From the NCBI RefSeq assembly GCF_006345805.1, contig NC_042998.1:183458001-183522000 (forward strand): 64,000 nucleotides of DNA, written 5' to 3'. The notes beneath the pieces are model-generated. The model had not been told where the DNA came from, searched no databases, and worked only from the letters and a program-made list of their open reading frames with translations. Positions 12,391 through 25,459 of the stretch are shown one piece after another. The position numbers and the translations under genes are program-made. Every line of letters begins with the position of its first letter. Positions within the stretch are counted from its first letter, which is position 1. Source of the stretch: Octopus sinensis (taxonomy: Eukaryota).

Positions 12391-12981
12391 TATGTATCAT
12401 AACATTAATAAGGAATAAGAAAATTCAAAATGTTAGAGAAAGCAACTATTAACTTTAACTGAGACAAACATCTGGGAGTAATTGCATTAAAGAGGTCTGG
12501 TACTCATCTTGCTAACAGACATAAAGGAGAACACATCTTGATAAAATAATAAATGGTTATTGTTGAAAGAATGCTGCTGGAATTTGGAAAATGTTCTATA
12601 TTATGACGCAGCTAGTTGAACTAGTGTTTGTCAGTAACTACCAATATTCTCTGGTTTATCTAGTAAACCAGTTAATGTCTGCCTACTATTATGAAATGGT
12701 AGACAACAATGATTGCACTATATCTATAAATGACTTTTTCTGCCCAATGTTTATCTAAGACATTCCCTTTCAAAGCAAATGTTTATTTTGGAATTTCATA
12801 GTCACATGTTACAATACTTCATTGTAAACCAAAGACAAGAACGATGGAAATTAGTAAAGACAGCTTTGAAAATTGGTTTTATTTCTTTACTTTTGTACTT
12901 ATTGCTGTTACCTGGAAAGGTCAGGATTTATCCTTGTTCCCTATTACAGTTAAAGAGAAAGGTCTCTGTCTTCAATAGGAT

Positions 12982-13145
12982 ACACTACACCTGATTTTCT
13001 TCCCTCCATATACACACAAGCATGTATCTGACTCATACACTGTTCACTTTCCAGACATTTGTACATTACTGCATATGCTTTATACGCACTTTTGACAAGT
13101 TGTGGTGCACCTGAGCACTGTATACAATAATTTCATTATTATTAT
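12982..13145 (+). mobile_element. CR1 3' UTR-only copy
   Basis: Closely similar to 13661-13830 and ends CTGTATACAATAATTTCATTATTATTAT. Confidence 0.78.
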
Positions 13146-13464
13146 ACCAATAGGTTTTACACAAAATATGTGAGTTTCATGAAACAGCTGTCAATTATAC
13201 TGTGTTGCCTTACAGCAGTGAACTGTACTTCTATGTAGTATATATTTGTAACAAGAAAGCTTGATATTTTTACTAAGGAGGGAGTACAGTGACAGAGCAA
13301 CACTCCAATTTAAATTTGTACATCAAAAACACTTAAACAGTACATTTCTTATAGCATACTCAATACTGAAGTACATTATGCAGATGGATTTCTGTATCTA
13401 CAAACTAATGTTAGCCAATCCAGCTTGCAGAATTCAAGGTAATTCATTCCTACTTTCTTGGTTG

Positions 13465-13830
13465 TATTGTTTTAAAACCTTTTCTAACTCCACCTGTCTA
13501 ACACCCGTGGACATGTTTACAAAGTCAGAAAACAGCACAGCTCCCATGACTTTCAGAAACATTTTTTCACGTTAAGAGTTGCTGAAGCATGGAACAGACT
13601 GCCGGCATCAGTTGTTAGTTGTCGGAGCACTGCATCCTTCAAAACTTCCCGAGATTCGCCAACACTACACCTGATTTTCTCCCCTCCATACACACGCAAG
13701 CATGTATGTATCTGACTCATACACAGTTCACTTTGCAGACATTTGTACATTACTGCATATACTTTATATGCACTTTTGACAAGTTGTAGTGCACCTGAGC
13801 ACTGTATACAATAATTTCATTATTATTATT
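13465..13830 (+). mobile_element. CR1-clade LINE 3' end
   Basis: Frame NTRGHVYKVRKQHSSHDFQKHFFTLRVAEAWNRLPASVVSCRSTASFKTS is the CR1 ORF2 C-terminus (TRGH...FF..RV...WN.LP). The 3' UTR ends in (ATT)n. Confidence 0.85.
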
Positions 13831-15489
13831 TAAAACAGATATGCAATAAAGCAGTGAGGACTCTTTAGTCTGTGAGCGCCCATGGCAACTTCACTAATGG
13901 TTGGTGCCACAATAAAATACATCCAGTACACTCTGTAGGTGTTGGGGATGCATCCAGACTTAGAAACTAGATAAAAATTGGAACACATGCGCAAGATCTA
14001 GTCCTCTTACCTGTCTAGAAGGTCTGTAACTTTGAACAAGACCCATCCAATGCATACAGCATAGAAAACAGATGTAAAAATGATAATGATGATTCCAAAT
14101 AAATTTTACTTTCAGTTATATGTTAGTAAAATGAAGTAGATTTTAAAAATGGGCACAAAGCCATAGGTCTTGGGAGAAGAGCATAATCAATGAAATCCAT
14201 CCCAATATTTTATTGGTCCTTTATTTTATTGACTCTAGAAGGATAACAGGCAAAATTGGCATCATAAGGATTTTAATTCAGAATACTGTGAAGTAAGTAT
14301 TAACTGAACTTGTATTTTATTTTGTAAGTTGAAGAAGTAATTTTTAGATATTTAGGTCATATCACTAAACAAAGCTTTCAAATGTCTTTTGTTAAAAACT
14401 CAAAACTTGAAGCTTTAACAAATGAACAATGATTTTTCTTCATGTTTATTGACAAGTACTGAAAGTGGTAGCTTTGTTTGTGTTTGAGTGAGTGTATGTG
14501 TGTGTGTCAGTGAATATAGGAAGAGAGTGAAAGTGAGTATAAATGTGTGTTGAAGTATCACTAGTGAGTATTAACTGCAACTGAAGCAAAGAATGAGTAA
14601 GGATGAGTATTGAAAACCTAACAAATGCAAAGTAACAACAGCACTAAATATAGCTTTAGAAAATCATGATGTGCAGTCAATGATGACCCAAGTGAATGAA
14701 TCACAGGTGAGAAAGAGACATGAAAAATATTGTTGAATTTATACAAAGCAGATAATTTTAGAGATAATTTGGATAAAGTTTGTTTTGTCTGAGAAAAAGC
14801 AAACATTGCCTGCCCCCTATATCCCTTACAATAATAGAAAATGAAAGTGGATGAGTAAGATTGTTAATGTAGAAGTTAACAGTGTTGATAATTTAGTGTG
14901 TTGTGGTGATAACGTATAGTGGGAAGATCCACGTGTAAACGGGGAGAGACTGCAATTTTGACTTTCATCCATCTGGGGTTCGATAAAGTACCAATCTGGG
15001 ATGAGTGCCCAGGTGGAATTGTTACGGCAATGGATAGGATGCCTTGTGGTATTTGTTTGGGGGGTCTCTGTGTTCAGAGTTCAAACCCTACTCTGGCCTC
15101 TTTGGATGGTAGAGCTAATCCATTTCCTGTTTTAATATCACCATCCAGTCCTTGGGTGCCTTTAGAGGAGTTCACTTTGCTGCAAGCATTGGATCTAGGT
15201 CCCCAATTTGAGGATAACTTTTTTATACGAGTCTTAGAGGCCTTGAAAAGGGTCCTGGGCACTGCCCTTCCCTCCTGACAAAGCAATAATAAAAAAATTA
15301 AAGACATGGTTTGAAAAGAGAAAGGGAATGCATATTAAATGAGTGATCTCAAACAGTATCCTTAAAAAAAAAATCTGTCACCTTAATTGGTTTATATGTA
15401 CTTTGCAAATAATTGTGATAAAAATTGTTGTTTCTCCAGATTTAAAATATTCTTGTAATACACCAAAAATGGTTCATACAACACTCCTA

Positions 15490-15712
15490 AATACTGGTTT
15501 CAAATTTTGGTACAAAACCAGCAATTTTAGGGGCAGGGTAAATGGATTATATCAAACCCCACTGCTTAACAGGTACTTATTTTATTGATATTGAAAGGAT
15601 GAAAGGCAAAGATGGTCTTAGCAGAATTTGAACTCAGACCATAAAGTCAATAGATACGCCACTAAGCATTTTGCCCGGCATGCTAACAATTTTACTGGCT
15701 TGCCACCTTGAC
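15490..15712 (-). mobile_element. Older SINE A' copy (a similar copy lies at 55735-55952)
   Basis: Degenerate reverse complement of the A' head, central domain and tail. Confidence 0.65.
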
Positions 15713-18310
15713 ACTCCTAAATATTGCAACATCTAGAATGAAGACAACAGTTATAGATCAATGTTTCCAATTAACAGCTGGGAAATTAAAAAGAGAGAAA
15801 CTATACTCGGTGGAAAACAAATTCAAGACTATATATCTGGTTTGTTAACCATTCATCCAGAGAATAATGATTGTCATCATAACACTCTTGATACTACATT
15901 CATTTAGCATTTACAAATATGATTTCAAAACAACATAGTCAAAATGACTGACTATGTTATCCTGAAGTCATGCCTACTGGCATTACATGCCAGTAAAGCA
16001 GGTTTGCCCCTCCTGGCTATTGTGGACCAGCTTCTGAAAGGTTTGTCAAATGTGGTTCATAATCAGTTCTTCCACCATTCAATGCCCAGCGTTTTTCAGT
16101 TTCCTCTTCTTTCTAGTGTTCAGTCAAGAATAGTCCAGGTTTTGATCTCTGATGACATGCCCAATCCATTTTTATAATTTTACTTTATTTTTATGGCTTT
16201 CAGGTTCCCTTGTCTTCACTGGGTAAGTAATTGTTGAAGCTTTGGGAAGTTACTCTTTCTACTACAGAGCAATGTGGATAAAATGCAGATCTGATATAGT
16301 CCCAGCCTGGTGTACGTAGAGAACTGAATGGAGCGTCATACACTGAAAATACTTCTTTCTTTGTTGAGACACTTCTTTGATATCCTGCTGCTCCTACACT
16401 GATAAAGAAAAGGCAACATAGAAATAGTAAAACAATATAGGAATTCTCTCAACCACAACTTTACCTCTTTTCAGTAATGATTTGCAGTTTTAGAGCGCAT
16501 ATTTAACATACTGTAGTTACTAACCTATCATAATGTACTGGCCCAGTAATGCTCTGGGCTTTTACAACATTTAAACAATTGATGAAAAGAAGCTATGAAT
16601 TATTCCAATGATGCCAGTAGGGGGGAGTAAATTTTTGTAAAAAAATAACACCACAGGGAAAGAATACGTATATGGAAGAAATACTTTGCCTTTGGTTAGT
16701 TTATTGAGCCATGAAATGTCAACCTAAACTTTATTAGTAATGACATTGAGGATTTGGGCAGGGCACATCATTCTATCTTAGTCACCACTACTAATAAAAG
16801 AGTTCTCTTGTTGGTTAGTAAGAGTTTATTTCTCTCTCCACAAAACTTAAACTAGTTTTTCTATGGTGTTAATAATGGGATGCTTTGAACATTTCTAGAA
16901 CATGCATCACACAAAGAGCTTATTTAATCCTTTAACAAATGTGCCATGATTCAACAAAGGAGACTTTGGAGGCAAGAAATAGCAGTCAAATCTTCCTCTA
17001 ATTAATCGCTACCATCTCTAAAAAAAAAAAAAGGAGAAAAGACACATTAGACAATGTAGTCCTGAATGCCTGTAAAAAGACAAAATGCCATAGATGGAAT
17101 GATTTTGATCAGGGTTAACCTGGAGCAAAACAGCAACAACGACAACAACAATAAATGTACTAAGATTAAACCCAATGACCTGTGAGTGCAATCCTAAGAT
17201 CATTTAACCTTCCTCCTATTATTACAACTTATGCAACACTTGCTCCAGGCAAATCACCAAATTATCGCATTCAAATCAATCCATATCAAACTGGATTGGT
17301 TAGAAAATAAAACTAACCAAGAAGAATGAAATTCTGTGTATGACAAAGAATTTGAAAGTGATACACAAAAATTGATTTGTTAGAAATAGTACAACTATTA
17401 TTACATCAGGTTAGGCACAAATGACAGGGTTTTCTCTCCAAAAGTTTTAGAGAAATGTGTATGTATCATCATGAAATAACTCTCATTTTAAAGCTAGGCC
17501 TATCATGTATCACCCCATTACAGTAATGGAAGATATTGATTTTTTTTCTCTCTTGTGTTTCTTTTTTTTTTTTGGTAGCAGTTAAAGTGCTTTTAGCTAG
17601 AAAAAAAATAAGGAAAACAGCAACAGTCTAGGAAGCTCAGGAAGTGGTGTCAAGGGCAGCATATGGGTGCATATAATGGATATGTGTTTGGGCTTTTGAA
17701 GGCAGGAGTTAGTAAATTGTCATCTTCATTATTCCATTGGAAATCAAAAATTAATGCTCTTTTAATCCTTTTTTTTTTTGTTAAAAATATTTTTCCTTTC
17801 AATTTTATTCAAGTATCAAAACAATAAAAAATAAAAAGCTTTTTATTTATTTTTTTTTTCAAAAACCAACAACAAATGGAATTTATAATTCAGAACAGAA
17901 TCTAACATAAGCAATAGGAAAGCATGGTTACAGAAGTCTTTCTTTTTCACTTTCTCGCAATCCATACTAAAAATTCTTTCCTGAGTCATGATACTCACAG
18001 GGCCAATGCTTATCTTCAGTTTGTGTTGAGTGGATGGAAGACAGATCTCCCCCTGGATGGGACAACAATCTTTAAGAAGTCACCTTTCTTGGTGGATAAT
18101 ACCTACTTAGGTAAACCGAGGTGAAGCAAAACGTCTGGTTAAATAGCATCACACCTGCTAAATAGGACATGAACTCATTATTCAGGTGTGAAATATTAGT
18201 CGTACATAAGCGCTGGCAATTAATCATCTTAGCTATGTACCTCACCTCAACTATAATTACCTGACACAGGTAACCATTAAAGCTTTACCTTTTCTTTTAG
18301 CAGTACACAA

Positions 18311-18343
<33 letters not shown>

Positions 18344-18811
18344 AGATGTACATATCAAAACAAACATATACAAGATATTTTGTTTTTAAATACAAATTTT
18401 CCTGACACTGAAATATGCTTAATAAACTAAACCATAACTGAGTTATGTATTTAATGCTCTGTTTTTCCTTTTCCTTATAAATTCCAGATGACAGAATAGA
18501 TTTAAATTCTCAGCACTTGCATGGACCAATTGCAAAAGCGGATTGGAGAGAGAGCTGTATGTGCAACTTCTCTCACTTCGAGAATTACCCCTTATGGACA
18601 TGAAAGATGATGTCAGAGAAGATCTCAGGTTTGTAAAACAGGAAAGCTTCATATATTGCTGGACTGTTTTAATTAGTATTTTAATTAAGTATGGTTAATT
18701 GATATTTATTGCAGAGCAACTGATGAAACTAACAGATTAATTTATCAGATATACATATGTGAGTGCATATGCGTGTGTGCATGCATGTGTGTGTATATAC
18801 ATATATATATA

Positions 18812-20505
18812 CAGGGTGAAAAGGGGTATTTGAGGACATTTCATTTTTAGTTCATTACACCTACAAATTAATTAATGTATCAATTTTTTTTTCAGATAAC
18901 CCTTTCAAGATATCAGACTAACTCAAGAAATGAAAAGACATGCAGTCATAGTTGCTATACATGCAAACCAAAAGTGATTCAGAAATTAGCAACTTTCTAA
19001 ATGTTGCAAGATCATTTGTACACAAAGTTCAGTCGGAACTGGAGGCATGTGATGGTAGCGTTTCACCTGTATCAAAGAGAAAAGAACATTCACAACGCTC
19101 AGATACTAAAAGGAGACCAGAATTTATACAACATGTTCAAAACATTATCGATGAAAACCCTAGATCAACGAGGTCCATTGCTAAAGAACTTCAGGTGTCA
19201 GAGTGGACTATCAGAACTGTGGTACATCATGACATTCGATACAAGTCCTATGTAATGAGGAAAGGCGAAATTGTATCTGCAAAGACACAGAAAAACCATC
19301 TTGTCCATTCAAAACGGTTTCTTAACAAAGTGAAAAACCCTCATGAATAAGGCATGCTTTGGTTTTTCTCTGATAAAAAAAAAACTTTGACCAGGATCAA
19401 AAGTCTAACAGAAGAAATGACAGGTGGTTATGTGCAGATCCTTCTGAGGTATCAAGAGTGATGCACACGAAATTTCCAGCAACTGTGATGGTTTTAGGAA
19501 TGACGAGTAGCGAAGGTCATGTGATGCCGCCCCACTTTTTTTCCACAGGGTCTTAGAATTAATGCTACTGGATACATTGAGGTACTGGAAATTGTTATCA
19601 AGCCCTGGATTGATGAAGTATGCAATGGAACCATACGTGCTTCAACAAGACTCAGCACCTTCTCATCATCATCATTGTTCGAACGTGGTCGAGACAATGG
19701 AATTTACCATGCTACGCCAGACCTCATGGTCCATCATAGCATTACGGAGGTCCTGTTGCTGGATGCCTGTATCCCTGGAAATTACATCAGGGTAGGAGAG
19801 TGCGCCCCCTCTGGTATCGCGAGCAGATGGCTTCCAGAGGAGAAGAGTAGAAATTACCTCGTTTTCAGCTCTACAACAATGTCCAGCAAACCGGACTCTT
19901 CTACCTTTCATAAGAGATGATACAGGTGGTAATTTCCCATATATTTGTACTTTGGTTGGATGATGCTTCCACGAGAGATTTTGAGCTCTCATAAGGAGGC
20001 GAGTGTAGGTTCCATCCAACCGCCTCTCAAGCTTCTTTGATAACGTCCAGGTTTCTGAGCCATTCAGTAGAATTGGTTCGACTGTGGCTTTGAAGATTTT
20101 TTAGTCACCCAAGAATGGTTGTCAGACAATCATTATGATTATGTAACACCTAATATGTGGCTTCCAAACTCGCCAGATTTGAATCCCATGGACTACTACG
20201 TGTGGAGTGTTGTTGAAAGGGAGACTAATTGTTATCTTCATAATACCATAGCTTCAGTAACGGCTGCCATTGTCCAGATGATGTCCAAAATGAATAAGAA
20301 CCATATAGTGTCAGTATGCCAGCAGTCTCAGTTCCACATTGAAGCAGTCTTTGAAACCAAAGGCGGTTTCATAGAATAATTTACTTAAAAAAATCATTAT
20401 CAAAACTAATTGGACAAATGTTTATGCAAATACATATTTATTTATGCTGAAATATAGTTGTTTTATTGTATACCAAAACTGTCCTCAAATACCCCTCACA
20501 CCTTG
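18812..20505 (+). mobile_element. Decayed full-length Tc1/mariner transposon (probably maT/DD37D-like)
   Basis: Imperfect TIRs CAGGGTGAAAAGGGGTATTTGAGGACA / TGTCCTCAAATACCCCTCACACCTTG flanked by TA. Transposase remnants: HTH region (ORF 18952), WFFSD, TKFPATVMV, QQDSAPSH and WLPNSPDLNPMDYYVWSVVE, broken by stops, frameshifts and an RTE insertion. Confidence 0.92.
19667..20100 (-). mobile_element. 5'-truncated RTE-clade LINE inserted into the mariner transposase
   Basis: Minus frame KIFKATVEPILLNGSETWTLSKKLERRLDGTYTRLL...RRVRFAGHC...VSTTFEQ* is an RTE reverse-transcriptase C-terminus, followed directly by a (TGA)n tail. Confidence 0.88.
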
Positions 20506-20603
20506 TATGTATATATATATATATCTGTAAATGTAATATGTGACAATTATTCGGTAGCCAAGATAAAACTCCAAGTTTCAGATGCCGAGGTTTTTTCCGA
20601 TGG

Positions 20604-20671
20604 CCAGATAACTGAAGAGATGGTGGCGTGGATTTCTACCTCAGCATCCGAAACTTGGAGTTTTATCTTGG
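20604..20671 (+). ncRNA. Candidate type I hammerhead ribozyme
   Basis: Stem I CCAGATAA / TTATCT(T)GG, core CTGAAGA (20612-20618), stem II GATG/CATC plus GTGG/CTAC, GAAA (20650-20653), short stem III ACT-tgg-AGT, cleavage triplet GUU (20660-20662). Confidence 0.6.
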
Positions 20672-21344
20672 CTACTGAATAATTGTCACATATATATATA
20701 TATATATTTACAGATAAATTCCTCTATTTACATAATATCGAGGTCTCTTTCTTTCTTTTGCTATCTTACCACTTTTATCAATATATATATATATATATAT
20801 ATGCATCTATGTATATGTACACATAAGGAAGACTAAGAAACAAAGCAGACAAAGTTTGGAACCGTTTTGTCTTCATTACAGTTTCCATAATTCCTGTCTA
20901 CTAATCACTAACCTTTATGAACTGCAGTGGTTGAGGGGGCTTAGGTGGTGGTCACTCATCTAAAGATATTTTTAAGTTCATATCACATCAGGGGTGCTAC
21001 GTTGTGCAACTAGTAAGGAACTACACCCCTCCCAACCCATTCGTTTGGCATCAGAATAAAGAAAGTAGTAAAAAAGAATGACTCGATGGTGGCATGATTA
21101 AAGTTGCAGGTCCTATGTGCTGAGACCTTCACGAAAGAATAGCCTAGATTGAACTAATGTCACTCGTTATCTCGTTGAAAAGAGAAATCTGGCCAGGTTA
21201 TGAGTAACTGCTCTCCAGATTTAAACATTAAGTTATATTTAAAAACAAAAAAAAAGAACAACAACAAGAACAACAAAAAACAAGTACATAGTGCAGTGTC
21301 CCAGTATGGCCACAGCTCACTAGCTGAAATGAATAAAAAGAAGA

Positions 21345-21418
21345 TATATATGTATGTATATATATATATATATATATAATATATGTGTATGTATGTATAT
21401 GTATAATATATATGTATG

Positions 21419-21456
<38 letters not shown>

Positions 21457-21520
21457 TGTATATATAGGTGTATTATATATATATATATGTATATCTGAAT
21501 AATATATGCATATATATGTG

Positions 21521-21565
<45 letters not shown>

Positions 21566-21698
21566 CATATATATAATACACATATATATATATATATGTA
21601 TGTATATATATATATATTATATATATATATTATATGTATATTTTATATATAAATATATGTGTATGTATGTATATGTATAATATATATGTATATGTATA

Positions 21699-21740
<42 letters not shown>
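21345..21740. repeat. Compound (TA)n/(TATG)n/(TG)n microsatellite
   Basis: Read directly from the sequence. Confidence 0.95.
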
Positions 21741-22562
21741 CTGAACAGCCAGCTGAAATTTGTTGAAACTGGCCGTTTTCACTTCTCCCTCTGAAAGGTG
21801 ACGGTTCTATGTTCCTGAATGAAGTTATAATAAATGTCATGAGAACGTTTCTACCGAAGACATATTCTTCACATAGAACAGATTTTTTTTCAACAACATA
21901 TTTACATCTCAGAAAGATTATTGTTGGTGTTAAAGTTTAAAATCAAACTCACACTACATAGATTTGTGCAATATGAATAACAGTCAATAAATACAAACTA
22001 TAAACAACCTTATTGTATTTCTTTCTTTCTTTCATTTTTTCTTTTTTTTTTTTTTATAATACATTAGGAATGGCTTTATGTATTCAGAGGTGTCTGAACA
22101 AGGATTATGATATTAGTGTTTTCACACTTGAAATACATGATTTAATGGAATCACCAATCAGAGAATGTCAAGGGGTCGATACAATCATCATACTGAACCA
22201 CTCATGCTGAAAGATTAACTCGTTTGATTTTGTTAATAAAAAAATATGGTAATTAAAATAACAATTGTAGTAAAATAATGAGCAAAATAAATTAAGTGTA
22301 ATATTCAATGTAAAATAAACAAAAAAAAAATTGACAAAAATTATTAAAGTTATTTATCTATCTAATGAGAGATACCACTACAAAGAATGCTATATACTAT
22401 TGGCTCTGATTCAAAGCTAAAGTATGATTGTCCTTCAAATGGATGGCTTTGCATCTAATGTGAGTCTAAACTTTTAAGATGTTGAGATATCAGCTATCAT
22501 TGCATTGAAGCATGATTTTTCTTCATATCAACAACAGATACAACATGTGAGGAGACTATACA

Positions 22563-22599
<37 letters not shown>

Positions 22600-25459
22600 C
22601 TTGGGTTCACAAATTATAGAAAAAGAATAATCAATACACTGCATAAGTATATAAATTTTATTTCTGGAGCTGGAAAACAGTCTAATGCTGAAAACCTCCT
22701 GAGGTCTTTCAGTAAATTTGGAAGAGTTTTCAGCCTCAAAAACAAAATTATATATATGTCATAATCATTTCAATTTCTTGGCAAAGCTCCTACTAATCCA
22801 ACAGAATGAAATTCCAGGACAATATATATTCATTGTAACTTAAATTTTGTTTTCCCCCAAGACTATTGTTCATTCATAGTTCAGAGAAGAATTCTTCCAC
22901 TAAACTTTCCTCTTGTCTCTGCTGCTCTGATGGATAATTCTCTAAGTATTAGCAAGAGCAGCAGATATAACAACTATATATATATATATATATACGTGTG
23001 TGTTTATGTGTGTGTGTGCGTGTAAAATGGTTGAATTATATTTTGTCCTTTAATTTGGAGGATTCCAAAGAAGATTTCTAATATAGATTCTTCATATTTT
23101 GCTGGTAGCTTACTGGCGTAAGTTTGCAAATTGGTGTTATGTGAATTTATGGAAAGAAATCACATAAAAGTCGTTAAAAATGGAGAAGAAGATGTTAAAA
23201 CGAAAAGAGAATTTTAATTATTAAAATTCTCTTACATTTTAACATCTTCCCTTCTCCATTTTTAACAAATTTGTTGAGTTTTATGGAATTCCTTTATATA
23301 TTTATATATATATATTCAACTAATATGTAAGTAGAACATATATAATGACTGAAGCCCTATAAATTCTGGTATTTAGTGATGGTGTGTGTATGTTGACAGC
23401 AGCAAATATCCCAGTTACTTCACATATAGTTAAAAAGGATCAACAAATAATAGTCTTACTAGGCATTGAGCTTGATTAAACTAAATGATGGTGATGTGTC
23501 CATTCTAATGTCTAACAACTGGACACTGAACAGGTTTATCAACTGTTACAGATGATTTTCTTTTTCTGTTTTTTTTTTTTATAGAATTGCTTATAAGAAA
23601 TGCAAATGCTTACAGGCAAGTCACTACAGTTGCAAGAAATTAGGAACTGAACTCAGACTTGAAAAATGTTCAAGTGGCACAAGCACAAATTTTATGGACA
23701 AGTAACACAAATCTCTGTGGAAAAACTACATTGAAAGGGTTAGTTAAAAGGACGGTCACCAAAGAGGCAGATCGGGAAAGCCTTGATTTGATCACCAATT
23801 GCAATCAACCATATTTGATGGCAAAAATTGATTTAGATCTAGTAACAGTGGAGGGTCTGAATTACTGAAGCAATCATTAAGGCTCCCATTAAAGATCTAC
23901 CGAGTTAATTAAAGGTGAATTAACTAATATCTCATGAAGAAAACACTAACCATTTGACGAGCTAATGTTGAGCAACGTTGAAAATTGCTTTACTATATGA
24001 AGGAATTGTATAATATCTATCACACTGATGATAGAGCTATGTATGTTTTCATCTACAGAAAGAAAATAACAAAGTATAAATTTAGTTATTATTATAATCT
24101 TAACTTTATTCTATAGTTTTTATATTTTTATAATTTATATTCAACGTAACCATCATATCCCATGTCTTATGTTCTGATGTTTTCTTTTTCATAAGTCTTG
24201 TAGAAATTAAAGACCTTATTATTATCATTTTTGTTTAATATTATTAATATCATGATTACGATAAAATGCCTTGCAATATTTAGTTATGATTCTTTACATT
24301 TTCAGTTCAAATCTTGCTAAGGCCGATTTCACCATTTAAACCTCCGAGGTTAATAAAATAAGTTTCAGTCAAGTACTTCAACTGAAATAATCAGACAATG
24401 CTCCTCTTTTCACACTTCAGGTTTTGTGCCTGTCTTAGAAATCAATATGATGATTGGCAACAGGCAGTACAGTGTTATGGTCAGCTCTTACATCCAGAAT
24501 ATGATTCTTTGTGGATCTGATTCAGTTACATTTTTTTAGATTGCTAATATTGTTAGAATGCATGAGAGTTCTATTTTCTCATTTTCTTTCCTTATTTAAA
24601 ATTGAGCAGCTTCATGCACACACAAGAAATGTTATCATCAATAGCAGCAACAGCATCATTATGAATACATTCAGCTATTTACTCCTATCTTTACTTTTTA
24701 CATCTATTAATTCTCTAACCTAGATTTGTTTCTACAGAAAGGAATAATAAACATATCAGATTTGAAAGAGAAACAAAAACCGAACATGGTGGCTAAGGAT
24801 TCATGTAAATGGATTTGACAATTCTGCTTAGATAAATTTGTAACTTAATTCAACAAGTTTGTTTGATAGGCATGAAACATGCTTAAATGGTTGCTGCTCA
24901 TTCTAAAGAGTGAAGAGGCAGAAAAATGAAGGGATGGAGTGATTCTGGGGGAAAGACCAATATATCATAAAAATAATTACTTAAAAGTGATAAAAATAAA
25001 TAATGAATAATAAAATCTGATATAGAATATGTTAAATAATTATTTACTTTGATTTTTCTGTCGTGTTTTTTTTAGTAAAAAAAATAGATAATAACAATAA
25101 CAATTTCTTAATCAGGCATGAAGTCTTAGGCAAGTGGAGTTAAGTGTCTTGCCCAGGGACACAAGACAATGCCTACTGTGGGATATGAACACATGATTGG
25201 ATATTGTGTCTCTCCAATAACAATAATAATAATAATAATATTAATAATTTTAAGTAAAGATAATGATAATCATAGTGACTAGATAATCCTTATAGGGATT
25301 ATCCTTATCTTGTAAATCTTAGATGACAAAGAAAAAAAAAATGAAAACAGGAGCATCAGAAGCAGCAAAGTGCATAGAATGTGAAATTAAAAAAAGTACT
25401 AAGCGTACAGTCTAAAATTTAATACTTGGTTTTGATAAGAGTCTGAAATTGGAAGGTGA

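Noticed and set aside
16204-16222. Microexon-like segment (TTTCAG acceptor, GTAAGT donor) on the plus strand
   Set aside because: It is 19 nt (frame-shifting), lies downstream of the PUF60 stop, and sits in the antisense strand of what looks like a very decayed RTE remnant.
18488-18628. 141-nt exon-like segment with good splice signals
   Set aside because: All three frames contain stops and no gene context is visible. It could only be non-coding.
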